NCBI GenBank assembly: GCA_965204045.1
Contig: CBDBDW010000002.1
Span: forward strand, 2,754,610 to 2,818,609
Reading direction: 5' to 3'
DNA length: 64,000 nt
Source: Gammaproteobacteria bacterium
Lineage (GTDB): Bacteria > Pseudomonadota > Gammaproteobacteria > Eutrophobiales > Eutrophobiaceae
Shown here: positions 9,363 through 18,739 of the stretch, in pieces
How the letters are laid out: each line of letters begins with the position of its first letter
How positions within the stretch are numbered: the stretch's first letter is position 1
Notes under the pieces: generated by a model
What the model was told of the DNA's origin: nothing
Seen by the model: the letters and a program-made list of their open reading frames with translations, nothing else
Database searches by the model: none
Made by a program: the position numbers and the translations under genes

Positions 9363-10496
9363 GTCGCTTACCTGTTCATGGCTGCGGACGATCCTGTAAG
9401 CCCCTGCTTCACACAGGCTGGCGGAAGTGCCGGCGCCGGTCAGGACAGCGATGGGTAGTACCCCTGCCGCGTGACTTGCCTGCATATCGATAACGCTGTC
9501 GCCAACATAGACCGCATCGCCCGGGGCGACGTCCATGCGTTCCAGGCACTTGTTCAGGCCCTCCGGGTCGGGTTTGCGTTTTTTCACGTCGTAGCCGGTA
9601 ATTACCGCATCGAACATCCCGGCAACCCCAAGGCCGTACAGCAGGTCCAGGGACCATTCCCCCGATCCGGTGACGATACCCAGCGCAAAGCCGGCTGTCT
9701 TAAGTCCGGACAGGGTTTCCACGACGCCCGTAAAAGCCCCGGCGCTGTCCTTGATGAGTTCGGGCCAGAGTTCCATGGCCCTGTTGTTCAGTTTTTTGAT
9801 CATGGCCGGCCGGTCTTCCGCTGTCTCCGGCACTACGTGGTCCCAGTAGGAAATACCGAGATTCAGTGTCTCATACATGCGTTCCCTGGATACTTCCAGT
9901 CCGAACTCCGCGCCGGTCCGTTTGGCAAGCTGGTAAAATGCGTCCACGGTATCGACCAGGGTGCCGTCCAGGTCGAACAGGACGGCGCTGGTTCGCACAG
10001 GCTTGATCAAACTCAGGGTAAGGCGGTCCCCGTCGTTGAGAGAGAAATGCCCGCGCAGTGACAGCGGGGCGATAACCTCTACCTGGTCATCCGGGTAACC
10101 GTCGACTTCGGGAAAGATAATGGCCCCGGTGACATGGTTGTTGACCTGGACCGGATAGCTTCGGGCATGACAGTTGCCGGCGTCAGGCGAGAGGATGCCG
10201 ATGCCGTCTCCATTTCTCAGGGATTGCCATCCGGCAACGGAATCCGCATCGTCCAGTTTCAGATTCAGCGTGCCGGGCCAGGTATCAATGCCGAGTTTAT
10301 CCAGGAATTGCTGCTTTGCGTGTTCCAGTTCGGTAAAACCCGCGGCCTGGCCTGTTCCGGTAACTACCCGGCCGGATAATTCCAATTCAATGATTCTCCC
10401 GTTGTAGTTCAGCGGCGCGATGAATGGCCGCGCGGATGCGCTGGTAAGTCCCGCAACGGCAGATATTGCCGGACATCGCCATATTGATATCCTCAT
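9348..10496 (-). CDS. Fusion protein: archaeal-type CTP-dependent riboflavin kinase domain (RibK/DUF120) plus HAD-family phosphatase domain
   Basis: N-terminal domain: [13 protein letters not shown]...[13 protein letters not shown]...[41 protein letters not shown], matching the GTLNLKL and IEIIAP..LRE.F.L.DGD blocks of MJ0056-type riboflavin kinase. C-terminal domain: HAD motifs [18 protein letters not shown] and [14 protein letters not shown]. The start is uncertain: the first ATG (10496) overlaps the upstream coxS-like gene by about 110 bp. Confidence 0.6.
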   Translation of the reverse strand: MRISIWRCPAISAVAGLTSASARPFIAPLNYNGRIIELELSGRVVTGTGQAAGFTELEHAKQQFLDKLGIDTWPGTLNLKLDDADSVAGWQSLRNGDGIGILSPDAGNCHARSYPVQVNNHVTGAIIFPEVDGYPDDQVEVIAPLSLRGHFSLNDGDRLTLSLIKPVRTSAVLFDLDGTLVDTVDAFYQLAKRTGAEFGLEVSRERMYETLNLGISYWDHVVPETAEDRPAMIKKLNNRAMELWPELIKDSAGAFTGVVETLSGLKTAGFALGIVTGSGEWSLDLLYGLGVAGMFDAVITGYDVKKRKPDPEGLNKCLERMDVAPGDAVYVGDSVIDMQASHAAGVLPIAVLTGAGTSASLCEAGAYRIVRSHEQVSDLLLT

Positions 10497-10851
10497 CGGA
10501 AGGCGAGGGGTTACCGGCGAGCAGGGCGACGGCCGACATGATTTGTCCCGACTGGCAATAACCGCACTGGGGCACCTGCAACTCAATCCAGGCCTGTTGA
10601 ACCGGATGGTAGCCGTCTCTGGCCAGGTGTTCGATGGTGGTGATTTTACTGTTGCCGATACTGCTTACCGGGAGCACACAGGAACGCATGGGTTTCCCGT
10701 CGACATGAACGGTGCAGGCCCCGCACTGGGCGATCCCGCAACCGAACTTGGTTCCTGTCAACCCGATCTCGTCCCGCAGCGCCCACAGAAGCGGCGTGTC
10801 CGCTTCGACGTCAACTTCATAAGGCTTGTCATTAACGTTGAGCTTAATCAT
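10387..10851 (-). CDS. (2Fe-2S)-binding small subunit of a molybdenum hydroxylase (CoxS/XdhC-small type), orphan
   Basis: [16 protein letters not shown] ... [12 protein letters not shown] ... CRCGTYQRI. These are the two Fe-S cluster cysteine motifs of CoxS-like proteins. No large or medium subunit is adjacent. Confidence 0.8.
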   Translation of the reverse strand: MIKLNVNDKPYEVDVEADTPLLWALRDEIGLTGTKFGCGIAQCGACTVHVDGKPMRSCVLPVSSIGNSKITTIEHLARDGYHPVQQAWIELQVPQCGYCQSGQIMSAVALLAGNPSPSDEDINMAMSGNICRCGTYQRIRAAIHRAAELQRENH

Positions 10852-11052
10852 TTCTTTTCTGCACCGTGGTTACACGAGGAAGTGAACTTCGCACAATATA
10901 ATCCAGAAATTAAAAAATTTGTATTGTTTTTTACCTGTGTAAATCAGGAATAGCAGGTTTGTGGGAAACACTGGGAGTTGCAGGGTGGAGAAAACGTCGT
11001 TGCAATTCTTAAATTGTTGTCTGTTCTATTCTCTCCAATAGGCCCGCGCCCT

Positions 11053-11758
11053 TCACATGCTTTCCAGCTCTGATATGCGGAACCAATTTTCGTCTTCCTC
11101 TACTTTGACAGTCGGGGTACGCGGAATTGAACCATCGTCCAGCGCTATTGTATTCGGAAAACAAAACATCCAGTCGTCATAAGCTTTCCGGATTAACTCT
11201 TTATCAGTGTTAACGTCATAAAAATTTTTCAACCAATTCACAGCTTCCCCCTGATTCAATCAGTTCCAACTCAGGCCTCATTGATTTTCCCTTGAACAGC
11301 GCATTAGAAATATTACATACAATCACATCAAATTCATGCGCCATGTATCTGTCATTTGTAGTCTCGCTTTTACTGATATTGCTTCTTGATTTATGGCACT
11401 TGACCTTGAAATGAGGCGTCTGAACCTTAGTATATTTGCTTCCTGTCTTGAAACTTCCGCGAACTGCGCTTTTTGCTTCAACCTTCAGTCGTCTTCCAGT
11501 TCTTGAAAAGGTGACGCTGATGTCCTCATCATACTGATTTGATTGTGGATTTAAATTCAGTTTCTGAACATGCCATTCACGGGTGTGCAGCGTCTGTTTT
11601 AGTACTACAGCTGCAATGTATTCCGTAGCCTTGCCGCGGATCATTGGCAATACCTTTTGATCCTCAAGAATGTCAAGCAGGCTCTCTATGGGTATATTAT
11701 ATTTATCGCAATATTCTTTAATGCTGTGATATATCCTTGATTGTTCATCAGTATTCAT
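11053..11758 (-). pseudogene. Candidate restriction endonuclease partner of the Dam-like methyltransferase, apparently frameshifted into two ORFs (11216..11758 and 11053..11259)
   Basis: The two ORFs are in different frames and overlap by 44 bp around a G5 tract (cagggggaagc). The gene sits immediately downstream of the methyltransferase and overlaps its stop by 4 bp, in an AT-rich island. No recognisable nuclease motif was found, so the role is assigned from context. Confidence 0.35.
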
Positions 11759-12657
11759 AACGCCGCCAACTGTTGTGAGGGCTGTTCAGGTAGGCAGGGG
11801 ATCTCAAGATGATTTTCGTAGTTACGAATAAATACCTCTTTACCCTTGTATCGTTTGTTTTTATAGCCATCTTCCAGTTTAAGTCCATTCCTCTGGTCAT
11901 CTGTGCGATTTATAGTGTAATTCCATTCCTGAGTGTCTATTGAGCCAGTCCAATCATATAAATTCCAGATGTCAGGATGATTGTCGTAAGTGATCAAAAA
12001 TCTCAGTCTGTCAGAATGACGCCGTAAACAATCTGATAACCTTAAGTGATCTTCATAGTCAAAATTACACCTATAAAATTTCTTCTGGTCCGCTCCGTAA
12101 TATGGCGGGTCGATAAACAGGAAAAAACCATCGACCAGATTGTCTATAAGATTTTCAAAGTCCTGATATAACAGGTCAACTCCTTGCAGGCGGTCAGAAA
12201 CAGTCCGTAAGTGGGGGGGCCAGTTTTCAGGTTGCATGGAGTATTTAGTACCGTAGCCCCAATAACAATTTTCGTCTTTCATTATGCCACTGTATGAAGT
12301 GCGGTTCAGGTAGTACCATCTGAATGCCCGTTCCAAATCGTTACCCGGGTAAAAATCATTTTTGTAAAAATGATGTAATTCCTTTTTTGCAGGAATCCCA
12401 TTCAACAATTCGATTAATCCTTCAACGTTGTCTCTGATTTGGATATAGCAATTCATCAGCTCTTCATCCAGATCATTGAGAATTGCGTATGTTTGGCGCT
12501 TCTGGGCGAAAAAAATCGAAGCGCCACCGGCAAAGGGTTCACAGTAATGAGTATGTTCGGGGATATAGCGGAGAATTAGGTGACGAGCGTAAAATTTGCC
12601 TCCTGGATACCGAAAAGGCGAGTTCGTTTTATTCGATCTGGGCAATAAAATACTCAT
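11755..12657 (-). CDS. DNA adenine methyltransferase (Dam-like, N6-adenine methyltransferase of the D12 class)
   Basis: YPGGKFYARHLI...CEPFAGGASIFF (motif I) and LFIDPPY (DPPY motif IV). AT-rich relative to the flanks. Start taken at the internal ATG (MSILLPRSNK...). Confidence 0.85.
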   Translation of the reverse strand: MSILLPRSNKTNSPFRYPGGKFYARHLILRYIPEHTHYCEPFAGGASIFFAQKRQTYAILNDLDEELMNCYIQIRDNVEGLIELLNGIPAKKELHHFYKNDFYPGNDLERAFRWYYLNRTSYSGIMKDENCYWGYGTKYSMQPENWPPHLRTVSDRLQGVDLLYQDFENLIDNLVDGFFLFIDPPYYGADQKKFYRCNFDYEDHLRLSDCLRRHSDRLRFLITYDNHPDIWNLYDWTGSIDTQEWNYTINRTDDQRNGLKLEDGYKNKRYKGKEVFIRNYENHLEIPCLPEQPSQQLAAL

Positions 12658-12910
12658 GTTGCTGTATTCCAATCCGGTAACGGAAAATACTGCGGATACA
12701 CTGCATATAGTAATACACAGTCGCTTGATGCACAATATTTATTGTTATCAGCCTGATCGAGATGAGGATGGGATTAAAGTATGAGTGTTGGCCCGGGTCA
12801 CTACATTCAAGCGCCGGAATCGTAGAGCCGACCGCGAGGCTCACGGCAATCTCACTTGCCCGGAGGAAATTTCCGCCATGTGTGGGCTGTGCTTGCTATC
12901 ATTCCGATCC

Positions 12911-13597
12911 ATGGTTGCGCCTGTTATAGAATTCCGTCACCTGTGCAAATCCTATTGGGAGGCCGATCAGGAGCATGTTGTTCTGAATGACGTAAACGGT
13001 GAAGTGCACGAAGGGGAATTTATCGTGTTGTTCGGCAAGAGCGGATGCGGAAAATCCACCCTCCTCAATCTCATCAGTGGCATTGATGCCCCGAACCGGG
13101 GTGACATACTTGTCGAGGGACAATCCCTGTCGGAGATGAGCGAGGATGAACGCACCCTGTTCCGGCGCCGTCATATCGGCTTCGTGTTCCAGAGTTTCAA
13201 CCTGATCCCTACATTGACGGTAAGGGACAACCTGTTGTTGCCGCTGGAGTTGACCGGCCAGCTTGATCATGGTGGCAAGACAGGACTGGTGGACATGCTG
13301 GAGGATCTGGACATGGCGCACCGGATTGACTATTACCCCGACCGGCTGTCCACAGGCGAACAGCAACGCATCGCAATTGCCAGGGCGCTGATCCACAACC
13401 CGCCGATCATTCTCGCTGATGAGCCAACGGGAAACCTGGACCACGACACCGGGCAGGATGTGTTGAACCTGCTCGACCAACTGGTGCGCCGGGCGGGCAG
13501 AACCATGATCATGGTCACCCACAGCCGGGAGGTCATCGGTCTGGCCGACCGGTTGATGACAATACGGGATTGCCGGCTGGAAGACAGCAGCCGTTGA
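12911..13597 (+). CDS. ABC transporter ATP-binding protein (LolD/MacB-like)
   Basis: Walker A GKSGCGKST, ABC signature LSTGEQQRIAIARAL, and Walker B ILADEPTGNLD. Start at the internal ATG (MVAPVIEFRHL...). Confidence 0.85.
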   Translation: MVAPVIEFRHLCKSYWEADQEHVVLNDVNGEVHEGEFIVLFGKSGCGKSTLLNLISGIDAPNRGDILVEGQSLSEMSEDERTLFRRRHIGFVFQSFNLIPTLTVRDNLLLPLELTGQLDHGGKTGLVDMLEDLDMAHRIDYYPDRLSTGEQQRIAIARALIHNPPIILADEPTGNLDHDTGQDVLNLLDQLVRRAGRTMIMVTHSREVIGLADRLMTIRDCRLEDSSR

Positions 13598-13599
13598 TC

Positions 13600-16158
13600 A
13601 TGAACAGTATCCTGTTCCGTTCAAGCCGGCATTTTTTCCTGCGCCATCCCTGGCAACTGGGTCTGGCCCTAACCGGTATCGCACTGGCTGTGGCCGTGGT
13701 GGTGTCCGTCGACCTGGTAAATCAAAGCGCCAGGTATTCCTTCGAACGGTCCACTGAAACCATCGTCGGCAGGGCCACCCACCGCATAGTCGGCGGGCCT
13801 GCCGGATTGGATGAAACGCTGTACACGCGCATGCGCGTTGACCATGGCATGCGCGACACAGCTCCCGTGATCGAGGCCCACGTCACCCTCGAAAAGAACG
13901 AAAAGCGGGAGACCCTGACCCTCCTTGGCCTCGACCCCTTCGCGGAACGGACTTTTCGCGAATATGCCTGGTTCAACAACCTGCAGAACCCGGAAGGCGA
14001 AGGGGTGTTCATCCCCCTGTTGACGGAGAGAAATACCGTGCTCCTCGACGCCGGCACGGCAAACCGCCTGGATATCGGGAGAAATGATGAGGCAACCCTC
14101 GTTACCGGGGGCAGGAGCATACCCGTTCGCATAGCCGGGGTCCTCGCGAACTCCGCTCCGGGTTCTTCCCAGGGCCCTGACAACCTCCTGCTCGCGGATA
14201 TTGCCACTGCCCAGGAAGTGCTTGATATGCCGGGACGGATTAACCGTATCGACGTGGTGCTTGGAGACGGGGACAGCGGGGCGAAAAGCAGGCTGGAAGC
14301 CCTGTTGCCTGACGGCGCGGCTTTGTTGCCGTCAACCACGAGGACCCGCTCCCTCAAGCAGATGACACGCGCTTTTCATACGAACCTGACCGCACTGAGT
14401 CTGCTGGCCCTGCTGGTGGGCATGTTCCTCATCTATAACACCATGACTTTCATGGTAATGCAGCGGCGTCCCCTGTTTGGCAGGCTGCGCGCCCTGGGCG
14501 CGACCAGGCGGCAACTGGGCGCGATCATCGCCATGGAGGCGTTACTGGTGGGCCTGGCAGCCAGTATTGCCGGTCTGCTGTTCGGCGTCGCACTGGCGCA
14601 CGGCCTGTTACAGGTCGTGAACCGTACCATTAATGAGGTTTACGACCTGCTTACGGCTTCGAATCTTACCCTGTCGAATCTCTCGTTACTGAAAGGTGCG
14701 TTACTGGGTGTGGCGGGCACGCTGGTGGCGGCCATCCCCGCGGCGCTGGAAGCAACCAGGATCACCCCGAGGCAGGCCTTGTTACGCTCCTATCTTGAAG
14801 CATCGGCGCGCCGCCTGGTGGTACCGACTGCCCTTGCGGGCGTTGTTGCGCTTGGCGCAGGCATTACGGTCATCCAGTTCTCCAGCCCCAGTATCGGACT
14901 GGGGTTCAGTGGTATCTTTATTATTATCCTCGGCATTACCCTGTTGATACCCCTTGTAACCGTTGTCCTGATGGCATGTTTAAAACCCCTCCTGGGCGGT
15001 GGCTTCGGTATTTCGGGCCGCTATGCCTGCCGGTCGGTCACGGCTTCCCTGAGCCGCACCACGGCGGCCATCGCCGCCCTGATGATCGCCATTGCCACGG
15101 TCATAGGTATCGGCCTGATGGTCAATAATTTTCGTCTTTCGGTTGACCGCTGGTTGCAACAGGCGCTACGGGCGGAGATGTACGTGTCCCTGCCGTCGAC
15201 GGGAACGACAGCTTCGGCTCACGCCCTGGATGCCGGGTTTGGAGAAGCCATTTTTGCGTTGCCGCAGGTGAAAGCCGTGAGCAGCGTGCGGCGCATAAAC
15301 ATTGAATCTTCCCGGGGGCGGACGGAACTCGCCGCCTACGGGTTGAACGAGGTTGCCTGGAAAGGGTTCCAGTTCAAACAGGGTGAAGCGGATGACATCC
15401 GGCCGGCGTTTCAGCAGGAAGATGCGGTCATTGTTTCCGAACCATACGCGTGGCGGCACGGGCTTGAACCGGATGATGTGCTGGAACTCCGCACTGACAA
15501 CGGTTACCGTTCGTTCCGGGTGCTGGGCGTATACAAGGACTATGGCTCCGACCAGGGTGTCGTCAGCCTGAGCCGGCGCACCTATGAGCGCCACTGGCGC
15601 GATGACCGCTATTCGGGCTTTGGCATATACACGCTGCCGGGAACGGACATGGAAGCATTGCGCGTGCAGGTGAAACAACTGGCACCGCAGCGTGACCTGT
15701 GGCTGCAGGACAGAAACAAAATACTGCAGACATCGCTTGAAGTGTTTGACAATACCTTCGTCGTTACTGACATCCTGCGGGTGCTGGCGGCCATCATCGC
15801 CTTTATCGGCGTGTTCAGCGCATTCATGGCATTGCAACTGGAACGCAGGCAGGAACATGCCCTGCTGCGAGCCATGGGCTTTCTGCCGGCACAGGTACGC
15901 CGGCTGATTATGTCGGAAACCGGACTCCTGGGTCTTGTTGCAGGACTGCTGGCGGTCCCTGTGGGCTGTATTATCACTGCCCTGTTGATCCTGGTGATCA
16001 ACCGGCGCTCCTTTGGTTGGACCATGGAACTGCAGTTCAGCGCGGATATCGTGCTCCAGGGCATAGTCCTCGGTCTCGCAGCGGCGCTGATCGCCGGTAT
16101 CTATCCCGCCTGGAATATATCCCGTGCGGAACCGGCCGAGGCCCTGAGGACAGAATAG
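13600..16158 (+). CDS. ABC transporter permease with two FtsX domains (YbbP/AttF-AttG-like fused permease)
   Basis: About 850 aa. Two blocks of four transmembrane helices are each preceded by a large periplasmic domain, as in FtsX-family permeases. The start ATG lies 2 bp after the ATPase stop. Confidence 0.8.
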   Translation: MNSILFRSSRHFFLRHPWQLGLALTGIALAVAVVVSVDLVNQSARYSFERSTETIVGRATHRIVGGPAGLDETLYTRMRVDHGMRDTAPVIEAHVTLEKNEKRETLTLLGLDPFAERTFREYAWFNNLQNPEGEGVFIPLLTERNTVLLDAGTANRLDIGRNDEATLVTGGRSIPVRIAGVLANSAPGSSQGPDNLLLADIATAQEVLDMPGRINRIDVVLGDGDSGAKSRLEALLPDGAALLPSTTRTRSLKQMTRAFHTNLTALSLLALLVGMFLIYNTMTFMVMQRRPLFGRLRALGATRRQLGAIIAMEALLVGLAASIAGLLFGVALAHGLLQVVNRTINEVYDLLTASNLTLSNLSLLKGALLGVAGTLVAAIPAALEATRITPRQALLRSYLEASARRLVVPTALAGVVALGAGITVIQFSSPSIGLGFSGIFIIILGITLLIPLVTVVLMACLKPLLGGGFGISGRYACRSVTASLSRTTAAIAALMIAIATVIGIGLMVNNFRLSVDRWLQQALRAEMYVSLPSTGTTASAHALDAGFGEAIFALPQVKAVSSVRRINIESSRGRTELAAYGLNEVAWKGFQFKQGEADDIRPAFQQEDAVIVSEPYAWRHGLEPDDVLELRTDNGYRSFRVLGVYKDYGSDQGVVSLSRRTYERHWRDDRYSGFGIYTLPGTDMEALRVQVKQLAPQRDLWLQDRNKILQTSLEVFDNTFVVTDILRVLAAIIAFIGVFSAFMALQLERRQEHALLRAMGFLPAQVRRLIMSETGLLGLVAGLLAVPVGCIITALLILVINRRSFGWTMELQFSADIVLQGIVLGLAAALIAGIYPAWNISRAEPAEALRTE

Positions 16159-16198
16159 CGTATGACCAGGCAGTTCCCGCCAGCGCAAGAATGCGGTT

Positions 16199-16250
16199 GG
16201 GGACAGACCCCCGCTGACGACATGCGGGGGCATGCTTCAAATCTGTCCCC
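16199..16250. repeat. Long copy of the nested palindromic REP/MITE-like element
   Basis: ggggacagacccccgctgacgacatgcgggggcatgcttcaaatctgtcccc. About 80% identical to the copies at 3615 and 55319. Its internal ATG (16222) is the likely start of the downstream lipoprotein gene. Confidence 0.7.
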
Positions 16251-17397
16251 TCTGAAGATTTCGGTCATCCTGGCAGTCCTTGCATTGCCCGGGTGTACTG
16301 AAAGGAGCGCAGGAATAAGCGATGAACCGATATCTGTCGGTAACGTATTGCGCGGCGACCCTGCCCGATCTTTTGCCCAAGTGGACCGGCCGAGAGAGTT
16401 CCTGTTTCCCGCCGACCATGGTCCCCATGATGAGTACCGCACCGAATGGTGGTATTTCACCGGCAATATCAACGATGGCAAGGAACACCGTTTCGGTTAC
16501 CAGTTCACCTTTTTTCGTTTCCGGCCAAGGATCGAGGAAACCACCAGTCCTTCGCGCTGGCGGACTGAAAATTTCTACATGGCCCACTTGGCTTTGACTG
16601 ACATCAACAATGAGAAGATCCATGCTTTCGAACGCTTCAGTCGCGGCGCCGCCGGTCTCGCCGGCGCGAGTTCGAACGGGTTCCATGTCTGGCTGGACGA
16701 CTGGTCTGCAGAGGCAACTTCACGGGACACATTCCCACTGCGTATCCGCGCCCGGCAAGACCGGATCGCCCTGGACCTTATCCTGCAACACGGCAAGGCC
16801 GTCGTCCTGCACGGTGAAGACGGTGTCAGCGTAAAGAACAGCGACCCGGTCAATGCCTCCTATTACTACTCTTATACCCGCATCCCAACGGAGGGTAGCA
16901 TCAGCGTAGGGGATACGACCTACACGGTACGCGGCAACAGCTGGATGGACCGGGAGTGGAGCAGCAGCGCCCTGGGCAGGGAACAGGTCGGCTGGGACTG
17001 GTTCGCGCTGCAACTGTCGAACGAGCACGAACTGATGTACTACCGTTTCCGCCGCGCCGACAACGCGGCAGACCGGTTCAGCTACGGCGCGCTTGTGCTG
17101 CCCGACGGTCGCATGTCCACGCTGGGCTTCGACGAGGTGGAGCTGGATATACTGGAAACCTGGCCGAGCCCGGGAAGCGGCGTGGTCTACCCGTCCGCCT
17201 GGCGCTTGCGGGCGCCGGAATATGGACTCGACCTCAACATCCGGCCGGCGCTGGCCGACCAGGAACTGGATCTCTCGTTCCGTTACTGGGAAGGCGCGGT
17301 GGAATTCGATGGCGCTTTCGGCGCAAACGACGTAAACGGCCGCGGCTACGTGGAGCTTACTGGTTACGGTACAACGTCCGCGCCGCGGGCTCAGTAG
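16222..17397 (+). CDS. AttH-like / CrtC-like (hydroxyneurosporene synthase fold) lipoprotein, third component of the ABC module
   Basis: Lipoprotein signal with lipobox (ISVILAVLALPGC). FPADHGPHDEYRTEWWYFTGN matches the AttH/CrtC family. Gene order ATPase-permease-AttH mirrors attE-attF/G-attH. Confidence 0.65.
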   Translation: MRGHASNLSPLKISVILAVLALPGCTERSAGISDEPISVGNVLRGDPARSFAQVDRPREFLFPADHGPHDEYRTEWWYFTGNINDGKEHRFGYQFTFFRFRPRIEETTSPSRWRTENFYMAHLALTDINNEKIHAFERFSRGAAGLAGASSNGFHVWLDDWSAEATSRDTFPLRIRARQDRIALDLILQHGKAVVLHGEDGVSVKNSDPVNASYYYSYTRIPTEGSISVGDTTYTVRGNSWMDREWSSSALGREQVGWDWFALQLSNEHELMYYRFRRADNAADRFSYGALVLPDGRMSTLGFDEVELDILETWPSPGSGVVYPSAWRLRAPEYGLDLNIRPALADQELDLSFRYWEGAVEFDGAFGANDVNGRGYVELTGYGTTSAPRAQ

Positions 17398-17492
17398 CAC
17401 TATGGCTGAAGCTGACAGGCATCACCCTCAGGGGCAGAAGCGATCCCGTATTCAAAACAAATCTTTCATACTTATCAGATAAACCCTCGCAC

Positions 17493-17521
17493 TTGATATA
17501 TGTCAGTTATATGCCTATAAT
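17493..17521 (+). promoter_or_regulatory. Near-consensus sigma70 promoter (TTGATA, 17-bp spacer, TATAAT) driving vapBC
   Basis: -35 ttgata at 17493..17498 and -10 tataat at 17516..17521, with a 17-bp spacer. The predicted transcription start is about 17528, 0 to 1 nt before the ATG at 17529, so the mRNA would be leaderless. Confidence 0.5.
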
Positions 17522-17528
17522 GACACAC

Positions 17529-17744
17529 ATGATCAAAACACAAATATATTTACCGGAAGATGAATTGAAAGCGTTGCGGGAAACCGCACAGCGCTCGGGC
17601 CGGAGTATGGCGGACCTTGTGCGTGAGGCGATTCGGCAAGTCTGGCTTCGCCCGGACCCGAATTCCACCGGCCCTGTGGCTTTGTGGGATGGGATGCCTT
17701 CCCGCACCTCTGTTGAGCATGACGCAATTTATGACGAACAATGA
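17529..17744 (+). CDS. vapB: VapB-type antitoxin (CopG/ribbon-helix-helix family)
   Basis: MIKTQIYLPEDELKALRETAQRSGRSMADLVREAIRQVW is a ribbon-helix-helix fold. It overlaps the downstream PIN toxin gene by 4 bp (ATGA). Alternative in-frame starts at 17511 and 17520. Confidence 0.75.
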   Translation: MIKTQIYLPEDELKALRETAQRSGRSMADLVREAIRQVWLRPDPNSTGPVALWDGMPSRTSVEHDAIYDEQ

Positions 17745-18157
17745 GGAATCGTCAGGACGTCTTTGTAGATTCAGGGGGCTGGATAGCGTTGGCATTGTCG
17801 CGGGACCCGTTTCACGAGAGAGCGGTCGAAGTCTGGAAACAGGTGCATGAAAGTCGTGCTTACCTCTATACATCCGTGCCGGTTATCCTGGAGACATTTA
17901 CTTTTCTTGATCGGCATGCGAGGCGAGATATCGCTATAGCCTGGAAAGATTCGTTAGAAAAGCTGTCCAACCTTGAAGTTATCTCCTGTGACGCAGAGGA
18001 GATGCGCTCTGCCTGGCAGTATTTCACCGGGCAAAAATTTCATAAGCTCTCTGCCGTAGATGCGACGAGTTTTGTGCTGATGGCTAAACGGCATATCAAA
18101 ATCGCTTTCGCTTTTGATCACCACTTCACATCTGCGGGTTTTCAACTCGTCGGATAA
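17741..18157 (+). CDS. vapC: VapC toxin (PIN-domain ribonuclease)
   Basis: PIN acidic residues are present in FVDSGGWIAL, ILETFTFL and AVDATSFVLM. 138 aa. Confidence 0.85.
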   Translation: MRNRQDVFVDSGGWIALALSRDPFHERAVEVWKQVHESRAYLYTSVPVILETFTFLDRHARRDIAIAWKDSLEKLSNLEVISCDAEEMRSAWQYFTGQKFHKLSAVDATSFVLMAKRHIKIAFAFDHHFTSAGFQLVG

Positions 18158-18247
18158 ACAGGTTACAGATCGCGCGTGCCGGCCGGGGAAAATCCTGCCC
18201 CCGGGTGTGGAACTGGTGTCTTAAAAGGACTGGCGCGGGCTACACTT

Positions 18248-18667
18248 TCAGGTCCAGCCCAACTCGTTTAATGCCCACGCCGAGTTCCATATTTTCACCA
18301 TGCCGGAAATAAGGTTATTTTCATCGAGGGTGAGCGCGTAAACGTAGTGCGAGTTGGTCTGCTTGTTCGTTGGCGGCACCGGCCCGCCTTCTCCGGTATG
18401 GGCGCCAGTGAACGTTCCAAAAAACAGGGCAGTGCGCGTCGCTTCATCATAGGATGATGCGTGCAGCTCGTAACCGCAGCCCGGCATCAGGTTTTTCCCG
18501 AGTCCTGCCATCCATTCGGTGTACCCTTCCACCGTATCTACGCCAGCCAGGGCGTCACTCTGCGCAACAAAACCTGCGCCGGGCGCGACGTATTGTTTAC
18601 AGCCGCTCCAGCCTTCAAGTCCTTCGCATGCGTGAAAAAAACGGTTTGCGTTGTCAAATGCTGACAT
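18248..18667 (-). CDS. SnoaL-like / NTF2-fold protein (ester cyclase or limonene-epoxide-hydrolase-like fold)
   Basis: 139 aa. The pattern and size fit SnoaL-like polyketide cyclase family proteins. Function unknown. Confidence 0.4.
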   Translation of the reverse strand: MSAFDNANRFFHACEGLEGWSGCKQYVAPGAGFVAQSDALAGVDTVEGYTEWMAGLGKNLMPGCGYELHASSYDEATRTALFFGTFTGAHTGEGGPVPPTNKQTNSHYVYALTLDENNLISGMVKIWNSAWALNELGWT

Positions 18668-18739
18668 GATTTTCTCCTGAAGTTGATTTTTGCTCGAATT
18701 ATCAGGTTTTAATTTATCACAAGCGGCTGCGTATGATCA

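Noticed and set aside
15166-16233. Long antisense ORFs inside confirmed genes (for example 15166..16233, 16720..17400, 21713..22351, 36019..36633, 45748..46461, 48621..49445, 55975..56862)
   Set aside because: They lie opposite strongly supported coding regions, have Arg/Pro/Gly-rich low-complexity translations and no recognisable motifs. These are typical shadow ORFs in GC-rich DNA.
16956-17744. 262-aa ORF in the track covering the attH 3' end and the vapB region
   Set aside because: It is an Arg/Gly/Pro-rich read-through of high-GC sequence in an alternative frame. Only its last 71 codons (vapB) have protein-like features, a promoter and a translationally coupled partner.
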